A stretch of 63,750 nt of DNA, filler included, from Octopus bimaculoides (GCF_001194135.2; 6 parts of 6 records of this genome joined end to end with filler, not necessarily neighbours in it); one strand, 5' to 3'; positions 26,028-40,116 are shown, counted from the first letter of the whole stretch. The notes: a model not told the origin generated them from the sequence alone. A program made the numbers and translations.

Positions 26028-26926
26028 NNNNNNNNNNNNNNNNNNNNNNNNNNNNNNNNNNNNNNNNNNNNNNNNNNNNNNNNNNNNNNNNNNNNNNNNN
26101 NNNNNNNNNNNNNNNNNNNNNNNNNNNNNNNNNNNNNNNNNNNNNNNNNNNNNNNNNNNNNNNNNNNNNNNNNNNNNNNNNNNNNNNNNNNNNNNNNNNN
26201 NNNNNNNNNNNNNNNNNNNNNNNNNNNNNNNNNNNNNNNNNNNNNNNNNNNNNNNNNNNNNNNNNNNNNNNNNNNNNNNNNNNNNNNNNNNNNNNNNNNN
26301 NNNNNNNNNNNNNNNNNNNNNNNNNNNNNNNNNNNNNNNNNNNNNNNNNNNNNNNNNNNNNNNNNNNNNNNNNNNNNNNNNNNNNNNNNNNNNNNNNNNN
26401 NNNNNNNNNNNNNNNNNNNNNNNNNNNNNNNNNNNNNNNNNNNNNNNNNNNNNNNNNNNNNNNNNNNNNNNNNNNNNNNNNNNNNNNNNNNNNNNNNNNN
26501 NNNNNNNNNNNNNNNNNNNNNNNNNNNNNNNNNNNNNNNNNNNNNNNNNNNNNNNNNNNNNNNNNNNNNNNNNNNNNNNNNNNNNNNNNNNNNNNNNNNN
26601 NNNNNNNNNNNNNNNNNNNNNNNNNNNNNNNNNNNNNNNNNNNNNNNNNNNNNNNNNNNNNNNNNNNNNNNNNNNNNNNNNNNNNNNNNNNNNNNNNNNN
26701 NNNNNNNNNNNNNNNNNNNNNNNNNNNNNNNNNNNNNNNNNNNNNNNNNNNNNNNNNNNNNNNNNNNNNNNNNNNNNNNNNNNNNNNNNNNNNNNNNNNN
26801 NNNNNNNNNNNNNNNNNNNNNNNNNNNNNNNNNNNNNNNNNNNNNNNNNNNNNNNNNNNNNNNNNNNNNNNNNNNNNNNNNNNNNNNNNNNNNNNNNNNN
26901 NNNNNNNNNNNNNNNNNNNNNNNNNN

Positions 26927-26972
<46 letters not shown>

Positions 26973-27501
26973 TTTAATGGGTCTCCATCGGTTTCGGTGA
27001 TGAGTAAACATAATTCTCTTCTATCATATTAATTACTTGTTTACCATTGCTAAAATCTTACGGAGCAACATCGTGTCACATTTTGTGCCAACGCTCTACA
27101 TTTGCTAAGGCGATTGTAAGGCAATTGACTGTCTTTCCTAGAGTAGTCCGTTCATACGATCTCCTTCATAATGTATCGGTCGATTCAACACATCGGTAAA
27201 CGGAATCGAACACGCATCCTCTATATTTCGAAGTGATCTTCTTACCTCCTCAGCTACTATGTGTCCACCAAAATAGAAGTAACATATCTAACCCCCCACC
27301 CCGCCTACCCAATGTACATGATCATCCTGCATTTTTCATACCTAAAACTTCGCGTTGGGATTTTTGGTCATAATATATCAATGGTAAACGCATCACCAAA
27401 AGAAATGGAGAAAAACCATCCAATTATAAAGACAGGAATTGAACGATAACCGAATATTGGGAATTGAAAATAGAAGCAAATTCCATGACAAAGAGAGGCT
27501 T

Positions 27502-27533
<32 letters not shown>

Positions 27534-28177
27534 TCATAGATATATGCCGAGAGAGAGAGAGAGAGCATACGAATCTACATATATATTGTATGTGTATATA
27601 TGTGTGTGCTTGGCAGTATGGGAATTGTTTCTCGTTTCGATACCTAATTTCGTTTTATCACTATTTCTGGATAATTGGATATTTTTTTTTTTCCATTTAT
27701 TCTTGAGCTACATATTCATCGGTGCATTGTCTTTTATTGAACCAATGCAAAATTACAGGGATTATTGAACGAAGATAGGCTTATGTAAATGGTCTTCCTC
27801 TTCCAGGTAGGAAAAAGTACATTATTTAATCAGTAATGCAAAATCCATTTGAAAATTTTGTTCAAAAATGCCGACAGGAGAGATAACATATTTGTATGCT
27901 GCTAGTTGCAGCTGAATTCCTAATTTCCCCTCTCGTAACTCTTACAATTTGCATAAAAGAAACCAGCAGAACAAGCTGTGGTGCTCCACAAAGCCTTCGT
28001 GTAATTTAGTAACAGTAGTCCCAGAACATCAGGGCTCCTTAATATGAAATTAATGTGACTTTTGCATTTACCAATTAATCAGAAATTATGTACTTTCCTT
28101 AGTACCATTGTTCTTTCTTAAAATCATCATTTATATTTATATATGAGAGCAAGACACACAGCATGACACAGTGAGTG

Positions 28178-28266
28178 CATGTCTTCTAATCTAGCCTCGG
28201 GCCAACTGGAGCCTTCCTAGTGGATGCGGTATAGAGGAACGGAAAGAAGCACGTCGTATATGCATG

Positions 28267-28309
<43 letters not shown>

Positions 28310-28507
28310 NNNNNNNNNNNNNNNNNNNNNNNNNNNNNNNNNNNNNNNNNNNNNNNNNNNNNNNNNNNNNNNNNNNNNNNNNNNNNNNNNNNNNNNNNNN
28401 NNNNNNNNNNNNNNNNNNNNNNNNNNNNNNNNNNNNNNNNNNNNNNNNNNNNNNNNNNNNNNNNNNNNNNNNNNNNNNNNNNNNNNNNNNNNNNNNNNNN
28501 NNNNNNN

Positions 28508-28541
<34 letters not shown>

Positions 28542-28592
28542 GCATACACGGCGGGCTTCTTTCAGTTTCCGTCTTCCAAATCCAAATCCACG
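28178..28592. mobile_element. Two inverted SINE A fragments (+ 28178-28260; - 28550-28592) around a (TA)n gap
   Basis: GGAAAGAAGCACGTCGTATA on the left; CGGCGGGCTTCTTTCAGTTTCCGTC on the right. Confidence 0.6.
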
Positions 28593-29494
28593 ACTGCATT
28601 ACATAATAGCTGCAACCCTTATTTAAGAAAGTGGTTGGCTAGACTGCTATATTTTCATTTATTCATATATATTTTCTATATTCATCGACCAAGGTGAGGC
28701 AGACTCGTTAGTTTTGTAATATTTATTGATGACGTCGAATATAGTCAAATGAGAATTATAAAGCATATGGCCTGGTTACAATCAATGACAACAAAAAGGT
28801 TTGTTAGTTATAGTGAGAATGGGCCCCAATGCTATTGGTTTCGCTCTTATTTCTGTTATCTTCTCTTATGTTATTATCGTTGCTGCTGCTTTTGGTTGGC
28901 AAAGCAACGGCAAAGTAGCGTTTGGTATTGTTGCCTTTGACGACGATAAGAATTGAGCTCTTGTCGGCTCTGTTTTTGTCGTTCATGACGACAGGGAAAC
29001 ACTTTTCTTGTTAGCTTTCTAATTAATACCTGCATTATTTATTTTTGACAATTGAGAAAATTAACTCGTCGGTTGCAAAATATTAAACAAGGAGGAATTA
29101 AGTAACACGGACAATTGAGTGGATTGATTGTAATACAGCACATTCCAGTTAATATAGTAGATGATCACATCTAGATCGACTTGCAAAGTTATTCATCAGC
29201 ATTTCCTTGCTCCAAATGCGATATATCCATGATTAACAAACGGTTAGTAAATATAAAGTAGTTAAACAAACTCCATATATAATAAAATCAATACAATGTA
29301 ATATATAGAAAATATATTGGTGCAATGAGATGAGAACGTACTTAATGATATAGGCCACAGATTCATAGTATTGTGAATAATTTTTTGCATCGCTGCATGA
29401 ATAGAACCTTCTACAAACTTGCACGATAAAACATATTTCTTGCATTTTTTTATCCTGGGAATCTCTGCACATTTCCCTTCATTAAAAAATTCGC

Positions 29495-30505
29495 CGGGTC
29501 TTCTCAAGCACAGCACATTTCCAAAGGTCTCGGTCACTAGTCATTGCCTCGGTGAGGCCTAATGTTCGAAGGTCGTGCTTCACCACCTTATCTTCCTGGG
29601 TCTTCCCCTTCCACAGGTCCCCTCAACCACTAGAGTGTGGCACTTTTTCACACAGTTATCCTCATCCATTCTCGCCACATGACCATACCAGTGCAGTCGT
29701 CTCTCTTGCACACCACATCTGATGCTTCTCAGGTCCAACTTTTCTCTCAAGCTACTTACACTTTGTCGAGTATGCACATTGACATTGCACCACATCCAGC
29801 GGAGCATACTGACTTCAGTCCTTGCAAGCTTACGCATGTCCTCAGCAGTCACGGCCCATGTTTCACTGCCATGTAGCATGGCTATTCGTACACATGCATC
29901 ATACAGTCTGCCTTTTACTCTGAGCGAGAGGCCCTTTGTCACCATCAGAGGTAAGAGCTCTCTGAACAGGCTATACTTATTCTAACAGCTACACTTTCAG
30001 TGCACCCACCCCCGCTACTGACTTTGTCATCTAGTAACGGAAGCTATCAACTACCTCTAGTTTTTCTCCCTGGAATGTGACTGAAGTTGTTCTCTGCAAA
30101 TTTTCACTGTTTATTGCTTCTGAGCATCTGCCACATACAAAACAATTTTCCCAGTAAGTCTTCCTTTGATACTGCTGCACCTCTTATGTGTCCATAGCGA
30201 AGATGTAGTCAATGTGGCTACTGTGTCTGCTAGAACGGTAGGTGACTAAGTGACTGGTAGGTTTCCTGAAGTTAGTATTGCAAACCATAAGATCATTTGC
30301 ATCGCGTAACTCCAGCAGCCTGGTTCCCTCCATGTACGCATTGAAAAGCCCCTGTATGTTGTCCGACATGTCCTTTGAAGTGACCAGCCACAAAGTGAAG
30401 GTCTCTGTCATTCGTCAACGAGGTAGTCTGCAAGAAGGTGCCATAAAATCGGTCCTTCTGTCCATCAGGTAGCCCCGGCTGAAGGGTATAGGCTGAGATA
30501 ATGGT
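29495..30505 (-). mobile_element. RTE-clade LINE remnant: APE endonuclease fragment plus post-RT C-terminus, RT core missing
   Basis: IISAYTLQPG...KDRFY...GHFKGHVG and NDLMVCNTNFRKPTSHLVTYRS...IDYIF (APE); KGRLYDACVRIAMLHGSETWAV...RRLHWYGHVARM...GRGRPRK (RTE C-terminus). Confidence 0.92.
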
Positions 30506-30670
30506 TGCTAACTCATATATATATATATATACACACAAATACACACACANNNNNNNNNNNNNNNNNNNNNNNNNNNNNNNNNNNNNNNNNNNNNNNNNNN
30601 NNNNNNNNNNNNNNNNNNNNNNNNNNNNNNNNNNTATATATACATATAAATACATACATACATACATACA

Positions 30671-30703
<33 letters not shown>

Positions 30704-30707
30704 TCAA

Positions 30708-30835
30708 CGGATTTCTTTCATGTTCTGTCTACTAAATCCACTTCCAAGGAGCTGTTCGAGAAGATCACTTGCCAACGCACCATACAGTGGGACTGAACAC
30801 CGAACCATGTGGATGACAGGCAAGCGTCCTACCAA
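30708..30835 (-). mobile_element. SINE family A, 5' half, degraded
   Basis: CAGTGGGACTGAAC, AAATCCACT and GAACCATGTGG match the reverse complement of the head. Confidence 0.65.
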
Positions 30836-30943
30836 AAGTCTATGCCTGCTAATATGTGTGAGTGTGTGTGCGTTTGTGCATGTACGTGTGTTTCTCTGTG
30901 TATGTAATATACGTATATATACGCACGTATGTGTATGTGTGGG

Positions 30944-30987
<44 letters not shown>

Positions 30988-30997
30988 CATACATACA

Positions 30998-31028
<31 letters not shown>

Positions 31029-31395
31029 TGGCAGGTAATTTAAATACCTTTAGAATTATGTGTTTCATTTTAATGCTGATATTAGTGGTCCTGAAAGCCA
31101 TAGCTAATTGAAATTACTTTCTTTGACGATAACCTATGTATTTAAATTGATTTTGTATTTATTCTCCTGTGTAAATTTGTATTCTGCACATTTTTGTCTT
31201 ATGCACCACCAAAAATATAAACATATTCAATCTCCTATTAAAATCCTATTTGTAAAATCGTATTAATTTCGCGATCGTAATCAACATATTTCTTCTGTTC
31301 AATGTACTTTGCAGTCATCATTGACATTTGTTTTGCATACGTACATATATATTTATTTGTGTGTGTGTGTAATTACCATAATTTATACCTAGTTG

Positions 31396-31447
<52 letters not shown>

Positions 31448-31927
31448 ATAAATACATACATCCATATATATATATATATATATATATACATTTAATATAT
31501 AACATCATCTAAATTCTCTTCTACCTTATAAATGCTCATACACACATACGCAGCTGTATACAGATATACGCGCTAACATAAATGTGTGTGTAAAGAGAGA
31601 GAGAGTGAATGAGAGAGTGAGAGAGAAAGAAAGAGAGAGAGATGAGACTGACTTTAGTGATTATTTCTTATTTCAATCTCCATATTATTTTATCTAAGTG
31701 TAGATCTTAATAATTGGATATTCTCTATAATTCTGGTAAATGTATTCCATCATTCGTATGTTTGTTATAAGAGAATACTTAGCCTTAGAAATATTTTGCA
31801 GTTTGACTGTAAAATGTTTTTGAATCTAAGTAGAAGATAACCTTACATATTTCAGATCATTATGGCAAATAATTTCCTAATGTATATAATTCGAAATTGT
31901 AAACGTTCATTAGAAAATTCGTATAAG

Positions 31928-32094
31928 AGGCGTAGTAGTGGCTGTGTGGTAAGTAGCTTGCTTACCAACCACATGGCTCCCGGTTCAGTCCCACTGCGTG
32001 GCACCTTGGCCAAGTGTCTTCTACTGTAGCCTCGGGCCGACAAAAGCCTTGTGAGTGGATTTGGTAGACGGAAACTGAAAAAGCCTGTCGTATG

Positions 32095-32137
<43 letters not shown>

Positions 32138-32403
32138 TATGTATGTATGTATGTATGTATGTATGTATGTATGTGTGTGTATGTGTATGTTTGTGTATCT
32201 GTGTTTGTCCCACCAACATCGCTTGACAACCGATGCTGGTGTGTTAACGTCCCCGTAACTTAGCTGTTCGGCAAAAGAGACCGATAGAATAAGTGTTAGG
32301 CTTACAAAGAATAAGTCCTGGGGTCGATTTGCTCGAATAAAGGCGGTGCTCCAGCATGGCCGCAGTCAAATGACTGAAACAAGTAAAAGAGTGAGAGTAA
32401 GAG
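31928..32403 (+). mobile_element. SINE family A, full length, best-preserved copy
   Basis: tRNA-like head with A box and GGTTCAGTCC B box, internal (TA)n(TATG)n tract, full tail. Possible TAAGAG target-site duplication (31924-31929 / 32398-32403). Confidence 0.9.
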
Positions 32404-34084
32404 GTCGACAGATGAAATAATAATTATTTAGGTTACAATGTATTTGTAAGACCACATTCTCTTTCACTCATAGTGTTGGCTCTATTGATCTTATGGTGTT
32501 TCCCAGACTTCCTGATGTTTGTGAATATAGCAGTAAAGTATTCTCAGAGAAGAGAAATACATATTAATGTGTTGTACATTTATAATCCATCAGCTAAGCA
32601 GTACTGATTTTCTTTTTATCTGGGGCTAATATCATTAAAATGTGCTGGTTGTTCAGTCGTTCGTGGCAAGTAAGAATCTCATGTTTTGTTTGAACTTTAG
32701 ACTGTGAGTCTTCCAGAGAATAGCGTATAAAAGATACGTTTATTATAATGGTCTCCTGGTATTTTAACCTATACCAGCAGAACACACCCAGCAAGTATGA
32801 TTTGGTATCATTCATTTATAGGAATTTCAATGTGAAATAATAAAAAAATAAACATCAATGTTATTTGAAACAACATAGTACGTATTAGATTATATGACTT
32901 TTCAATAAGGAATTACGGTAACGAATTTCAATATCAGAGAAACCTTGGCAATATTCTAATCATTGCGGCACTTCAAAGCATAAGCTTGATATGACAGACT
33001 TCCATTGGTGAAAGTCGGAAGGGAAATTAACTTTTGAAATATTGTGCAAATTTGGTCAATAATCTGGAAGAGAATGTGACCTTGACAAATAAGATCAGAA
33101 TCCTCCTTGCAATCACTATCAGTGTCTGTTGACCTCCCTATTGTCAACAATTTTTATTTCCTGTTTATTTTATGGTCAGATAGCATGCTGGAAATATCTG
33201 AAATCTTTACAGCCTTAAACTTAATGTTTTCTACACCGGAGCAGGTCTCCAATAAGGCATATTATTTTGAAAAGTGGTAGTTTACCATGTTGCATATGGA
33301 TATGCAATACCAAGAGACAAATATAGCAAAATTGATTTATGGTAATTTCGCAAATAACAAAAAAAAAACAAGTTTGAAAATATATCAATAAACATGTTAT
33401 AAATGCTTCATACACTATAGAAACATGGAAACACATCTTCCTGTTACACAATAAAAATATATGCAAGTGTAATTCTATACAAAACGTATTGCTTAAAAGT
33501 TAGTGTAACTTCTTTAAATTTTACAAAGAACGCATTTAAGAATGTGGTCGGCGGAAAACACCGGATGCTTCTATTCTATACATAAGCATTGATACTTCCA
33601 TTTGAAGATTATAAAGAAGGCTTTCAGTTGGTTAATCGTTCTCCATTGGATGTTGACTCTACTCTTTAAAGATTATTTTCTAAGGAGAGAAAAAGAAGAC
33701 AAAGGCTCTCCACCTTTCCACAGATTACACCCTTCTCAATATGAATCAACAATACCCAAGTTACTTCTCATGATTTGAGATATCAAGTGAAAGTAAGCCT
33801 TAAACAGAAATCAATGAAAATCAACTTTTTAATATTTTATTAATTTATTTTAATTTAATACCCGTGAACGCATAAGCATATAGAATAATAGCTGCAAGAT
33901 GTCACACTTTTTTTTTTTATTTTGTAGGTGAGAAACTTCAAATAATGTATTTACTATTTCAAACTTTTCATACCTGCTACTCATGAAGCCAACATTACCA
34001 CACCATTCACAATCACGTGTGTGCATATATATGAGTGTGTTTCTGCGTGTGTCTGTCTGTCTGTGTGTCGGTGTGTGTGTGTGC

Positions 34085-34276
34085 TTGATCGCTAAATCCA
34101 CACCGTTTATTCTCTGTCTGTTTATTTTCTCTTATTCCTTACTGTTGAAGAGCGTAGGCTCGAAACGTAAAAGACGTTTCCATGTTCCACAGCGTCAATC
34201 TAATCCACCTGCTTGTTGTTCATACAGCTGTCTTCGTCTTTTGTGTTTCTGTAAATTCCCACTGTATATATATATA
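34085..34276 (+). mobile_element. Small element with a hammerhead-like motif (copy A), probable solo Penelope pseudo-LTR
   Basis: Homologous to 53485-53680. Contains CTGTTGAAGAGCGTAGGCTCGAAACGTA and ends in (TA)n. Confidence 0.6.
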
Positions 34277-35384
34277 NNNNNNNNNNNNNNNNNNNNNNNN
34301 NNNNNNNNNNNNNNNNNNNNNNNNNNNNNNNNNNNNNNNNNNNNNNNNNNNNNNNNNNNNNNNNNNNNNNNNNNNNNNNNNNNNNNNNNNNNNNNNNNNN
34401 NNNNNNNNNNNNNNNNNNNNNNNNNNNNNNNNNNNNNNNNNNNNNNNNNNNNNNNNNNNNNNNNNNNNNNNNNNNNNNNNNNNNNNNNNNNNNNNNNNNN
34501 NNNNNNNNNNNNNNNNNNNNNNNNNNNNNNNNNNNNNNNNNNNNNNNNNNNNNNNNNNNNNNNNNNNNNNNNNNNNNNNNNNNNNNNNNNNNNNNNNNNN
34601 NNNNNNNNNNNNNNNNNNNNNNNNNNNNNNNNNNNNNNNNNNNNNNNNNNNNNNNNNNNNNNNNNNNNNNNNNNNNNNNNNNNNNNNNNNNNNNNNNNNN
34701 NNNNNNNNNNNNNNNNNNNNNNNNNNNNNNNNNNNNNNNNNNNNNNNNNNNNNNNNNNNNNNNNNNNNNNNNNNNNNNNNNNNNNNNNNNNNNNNNNNNN
34801 NNNNNNNNNNNNNNNNNNNNNNNNNNNNNNNNNNNNNNNNNNNNNNNNNNNNNNNNNNNNNNNNNNNNNNNNNNNNNTATTTCCACGACTTTAAGCTTTA
34901 TCCCCATTCATCTATCACACTAAATTTCTCCACTCTTGGATTTCTGCTAATTTCTTTCTTTCTTTCTCCTTCTCTTTCTCTGAATTGCATTTGACATTAA
35001 ATCTATTAACGGTTTATATTTTTTTTTTAAATAACTTGCCAGATTTACCTTCGTCATATACGCAGTCATCATATTCGGTTAAAATGGCTTATTTATGTGT
35101 TTTGTTTCTATTTTTTCCCCAGACTAGAAGATATGTCGGAAGTATAAATATTTGAATAACACCTGCGTTTAACTCCGTTTCTTTATTTATCTGTTATACA
35201 AAAACATTTCACTAAACACTGGAATTTCTTCTTTTTCATAAGTAAGCTATAACATTCTTGGTACTTATGCAGATATTTTGGTACCTTGGTAACTATTTAT
35301 CTATTTCTTCGTGATATTAGTACACGTTGAAAAATATATGTATGCATGTATGTATGTTATCAATCAGTTTCATTTCTGTATTTC

Positions 35385-35675
35385 TTGTCCATAGAGAAAG
35401 AGCCGGACTCTAACATAGATTCAAGGCTCCTTCATTGGAACTTTTATCAACATCATCTAGGTATGTGTGCATATGTGTGTGTGTGCTGTATTTGGTGTTA
35501 GTGTATGCGCAGATTTGTATGTTTGTTTTATGGATGCGTTTTTATGTCTAGATGCATGCATATGTATTTATGTGCTAAATTTTTGGAAAGTTTTACATAT
35601 CTTTACAGTACCATTGATGGCTTGAATCTGTAGTCTTCTAATCAGCCTTTTCCTTTCAGGTTTTGAGAACCCTAA
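35385..35675 (-). mobile_element. Family II LINE 3' end (ORF end + UTR)
   Basis: LGFSKPERKRLIRRLQIQAINGTVKICKTFQKFST* matches 22385-22490. Confidence 0.8.
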
Positions 35676-35775
35676 NNNNNNNNNNNNNNNNNNNNNNNNN
35701 NNNNNNNNNNNNNNNNNNNTTAATTAATTAANNNNNNNNNNNNNNNNNNNNNNNNNNNNNNNNNNNNNNNNNNNN
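35676..35775. other. Assembly join spacer 2
   Basis: 44 N + TTAATTAATTAA (35720-35731) + 44 N. Confidence 0.95.
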
Positions 35776-35782
35776 AAAACTA

Positions 35783-35822
<40 letters not shown>

Positions 35823-36254
35823 TGCCCTGATGCAGTACCAGGCAGTGGTTCTCATGGTTTCTTATCTTAACTGATTGGAAGTGTTATCATGTATGTTGTT
35901 TTGTCTTAATATAAAAGATGGGCTACAGCAAATATTCTGCTCAATACCACACATTTGCTTGTCAGTTGTTTGACCTTAACCAGTCCCTTAGTGGCTGATG
36001 ATATGTGCATCTCTGATCACAAGCAGAAGTAGTTGGGGAGCATCATAGCCATGTATTGAGAGGAATTGTTTGGGGTTTGGATAATTCACTTTTGGAAACA
36101 TGGGTGTTTTGTTCAACATCCTCAAACTACCCTTATTCAGGGACCTACTATATAACTTGTTCTCTGAAACTTTGAGCATTCTAGTTCAGCCCCTGGAATT
36201 GAAACTCAGAACCTAGAAAGTTTAAACTATTTACTGTAAAAATGTATTTACTAA

Positions 36255-36440
36255 GATAATACTGTTGGCATTCCTTCTGTCTCTTCACATTCTGAGTTCA
36301 AATTATGTCAAGGTCAACCTTGCTTATCATCCTTTTGAAGCTGATAAAATATGTACCAGTCATGTACTGGAGTTGATATAATCGATTTTCCCCCCCTTTC
36401 CTAAAGTTGTTGGCTTGTGCCAAAATCAGAAAAAATTATG
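36255..36440 (+). mobile_element. SINE family B monomer, degraded
   Basis: TTCTGAGTTCAAATT...GCTTATCATCCTTTT...GATAAAATATGTACCAG...TACTGG. Confidence 0.7.
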
Positions 36441-37564
36441 ATAATACTCTTGAAAGAACTATGAAAAATAAAAAAATAAATGAAGAGGAAGAAAAAGAAA
36501 AAAATAGAAATAAATTCAGAAAAAAAGAAAAGGAGAAAAAATAGAAGTGGAGGGAGATAAAGAAGAAAAAAAGGAGGAGAAAGAAGAAAGTAGAAGAAAA
36601 GGAAAGCTAATTGGATCAAAATATTCTAGGAAGATTAGAAATAGATTTTGTCGTGACAAATAAAGCTATTTCATTTGGTAATGCTTTTATCACAGATTAA
36701 AATCCAGAAGGTTCTATTTAGATACAATCAAAGAATAAGATTACAAAGCTATTTCATATTTTCATAAAAACATTTCGTGAGAATTACAAAAGGAATTACA
36801 TTCTATTGAAATTCAGTTTACATTTATTTTATATCATTTTATTTTAATTGTAGCTCTTGTACAGATACAGATATTGATAATCTATGTTTTTATATTGCTC
36901 TAAATAAAACTTTAATGTGATCATAACATGTAAATACATCACATAAATATAACTTGTGAGGATAACAGGTGAGAACCTTTGCTTAGATTGAGGCAGATTT
37001 AGGTTTTAGATTTAGTTTTATGTTCATAAATGCTTCCTAACAAATATTCACATCAGTTGATATATATTCACAAAGGGAGAAATTTAAGAGGAAAATAAGA
37101 TGTGTTTATCAAGAGTATACAATGTGCTGGTTAAGGATGGGAAGTGAAATATAGAAAACTAAATTGATAACGGATTTAATCTTCTTGTGAAAGGATTTGG
37201 GGCTAAAATTCAAATTGAAATGTAGGAATTTCAGTCACTGCTTGAATAACAGAAATATTGATGGCAATTTTGATTCTTAATATTCAGAGACAAGGATGGT
37301 GCCAGGATATTCAACACCCTTGGTCAGTCCTACAATGAGCAGGCTCCTTCTTCCAGTCGGACAAAGTGCTCCTACTTCTCCCAGTTCTCTAATGTACAGC
37401 CCTTCTCCCAGCCCTACATGTACTCCCTCTTCTTCCTGCTTTAGAATATTCTCCCTCTTTTCCCAGTCTTACAATGTGCATTTCTTTATCCTACTCCTAC
37501 AATGTGTCTCTTTTCTCCCAGCCCTACATTGTGCTTTTCATTTTCTCAGTCTTACATTGTGATA

Positions 37565-37810
37565 TCATCATCATCATCATCATTTTTCATGCTGGCATGG
37601 GTTGGACAGTTTGACAGAAGCTAGCCAACTGAAGAGCTGCCCAGGTTCCATGTCTGTTTTGGCATGGTTTCTATGGCTGGATGCCCTTCCTAATGCCAAC
37701 CACTTTACAGAGAATACTGGGTGCCTTTATGCAGCACTGGCATTTGTGTGTTTTCATGGCACCAGTATGGTTGCTTCTTACATGACACCAGCACACATGA
37801 GTCCACAAGA
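37565..37810 (-). mobile_element. Family D (RTE-type tail) copy
   Basis: (CAT)n...CATGCTGGCATGGGTTGGACAG...GGATGCCCTTCCTAATGCCAACCAC. Confidence 0.65.
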
Positions 37811-38159
37811 TTAGGAACATTCAGTTAGGGAAGGATGCAGGGGACATGCCTGTACACTATTAAGAGAAATTAAGGAAACAAAACATGTGTGAAACCTGAT
37901 TCTTGAGAATGTGGACTCTCGAGAACATGATTTCCAACTACCATGACAGCAAGACTGCTTTAATCATTCTTGTGACATTGTCAGCCTGTGAACACTCTTT
38001 AGACATTTCACCTGCTTCTGGTATACCGTAAAGCATTCATTTTTTCCAGAAAGTGTTCACTTCTACTAGAAAATGTTTATTTCGATCAGAACATGTTCAT
38101 TTTCCCAGTAATGTTTACAAGAAATGATCAATAATCATACAGTTTTTTTTAGAGAGAGA

Positions 38160-38257
<98 letters not shown>

Positions 38258-38359
38258 ATTCATAACTTGGTTAAATACCACCATCCGGTTACCATATCAA
38301 AATAAAGTTAGACTAGGGAGATCCACATCTCAGAGCTTAGCCCTGAGGCATATCATAGA

Positions 38360-39125
38360 AGCAGTTAAATCAAGACAGTCACATGCCATTATAACTTTTG
38401 TGGACTTTAGCAGCATCCACCATGACAAAATGTTAAAGATCTTTCAAGCATATAGCATTCCAGAAGAATTAGTTCTTGCCATTGCAAAGACTTATGAGAA
38501 AACTAAAGCTTGTGTGTTGGCATCTGATAGAGAGATGGAGTTCTTTCAAATGCTAGCTGGGATGCTACAAGAAGACATGCTTGCACCTTACCTGTTTGCA
38601 ATTGTATTGGATTATGTAATGTGACAGGCTATAGACAAGTGATGAAGACCTTGGTTTCAATATTGACTGGCAAAACCATACAGTGTATTAACTGAAACAT
38701 TTGTCTTACAAAAGATTATTTAGCATTCAGAAATTCAACAAGTTTACACTTAATTTCTAGGAGTGGGATCTGGATTGCAGCTTCTGATGGCTTTCCCTTT
38801 ATCCATGTCTGGCTATGTTGAAGCCATTCAGAGGGATATTGTTTTGGGGGTAGTAGACTTAATCCCAACAGAAAGCTGCAAAGGCTTATCAGTGTTGCAG
38901 TGATATGGTTTATTAGAAGAATGCTAAGTATGTCTTATATGACTTTGAGTGACAAACATTGAGGTCTTTAAACAAGCAAAGACCACCAGGTTTCCGATCA
39001 ATGTAAGGAGACAACAGGTTCAATTAATAGGATACAGTATGAGAAGCAAAAAGCCTGAACACTTGGTGACAATTGGGGAGCTGAAAGGAAGAGAAGGACA
39101 ATACTCTTTGGCCTTTAACAGCTGA
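38360..39125 (+). mobile_element. RTE/RTE-X reverse transcriptase fragments
   Basis: DFSSIHHDKMLKIFQAYSIPEELV...YEKTKACV...GMLQEDMLAPYLFAIVLDYVM (RT subdomains), then RRML...VTNIEVFKQA...RRQQVQLIGYSMR. Confidence 0.8.
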
Positions 39126-39185
39126 CTTCAGAAAAACTGACCAGATAAAGTTGTGTGTGAGACAGGAAGGCTTGGAGGTATGGCA

Positions 39186-39230
<45 letters not shown>

Positions 39231-40044
39231 GGGAGAGAAATTTAATTTCTAGCTTGGTAAAATCCCACCATCTGGCCCTTGGGTGCCTTTAGAAGTGGTG
39301 GAATTTTTTAGGAGGACTTTGACCAGATCTCTCATCTAAGAATAAATAACACTTTGATGCATTACTTTCTATTACAACAACTCAGGCTGTTTATAGGGAG
39401 TGGTTTTCCCCTGCCTGTAACCAAAATGGTCTTGCAAAATATTCATTGTACTACACTTCCTCCTCTGAACTAAAGCATATACTTGCAATAAATTTAATAT
39501 TTAGGGGAAACAATTCCAATAAGGTATTTGTTAACACAATAACAGAATATTCCACAAAAGAATGTGAAATTTTGATTTAAGACATTAATAAAGATGAAAT
39601 AGTTACATTCATTGATTGCCCACGGAAATTAGATTCTGTGGGGATGTTGAATGGGTAGGGCAAGAGAAGTGGGTAAGATATTTAATTTTCTTTTTTAAAT
39701 GATTAATATATAGCAAAAAGAATGAATAATAAATAGAAAGTAAAACACTTAGAGTTGTTTTCTTTTATATTTATTTAGAACTTTGAAGTATTATTGTGTT
39801 GCAAAACATTCTCAGGTGAAAATCAATGTGTCTTTTATTGGTAAGAGTAATGTTTCCTTCATCAAAACACAACAGCGACACATAGAATGAAGCAAATACA
39901 TATTATACAAATGGATATGTGAAAAATATACATTCAAAATGAGTCTGGAAATCTTAATAAATGGCTTCACAATGTCACAGGGTAGTGAATAACCAGAAAC
40001 ATTTATAGAATATATATAAATAAAATGAAATAAATATTGAAGTG

Positions 40045-40076
<32 letters not shown>

Positions 40077-40078
40077 AC

Positions 40079-40116
<38 letters not shown>

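Noticed and set aside
31928-32010. tRNA genes at SINE heads (also 17053, 19862, 43730, 61302)
   Set aside because: A/B boxes are present but there is no complete cloverleaf; each continues into a repeated SINE body.
37296-37562. Ser/Pro-rich 88-aa ORF
   Set aside because: Explained by a degenerate repeated motif (CCCAG.C.TACA.TGTG) in pyrimidine-rich DNA; no splice support.
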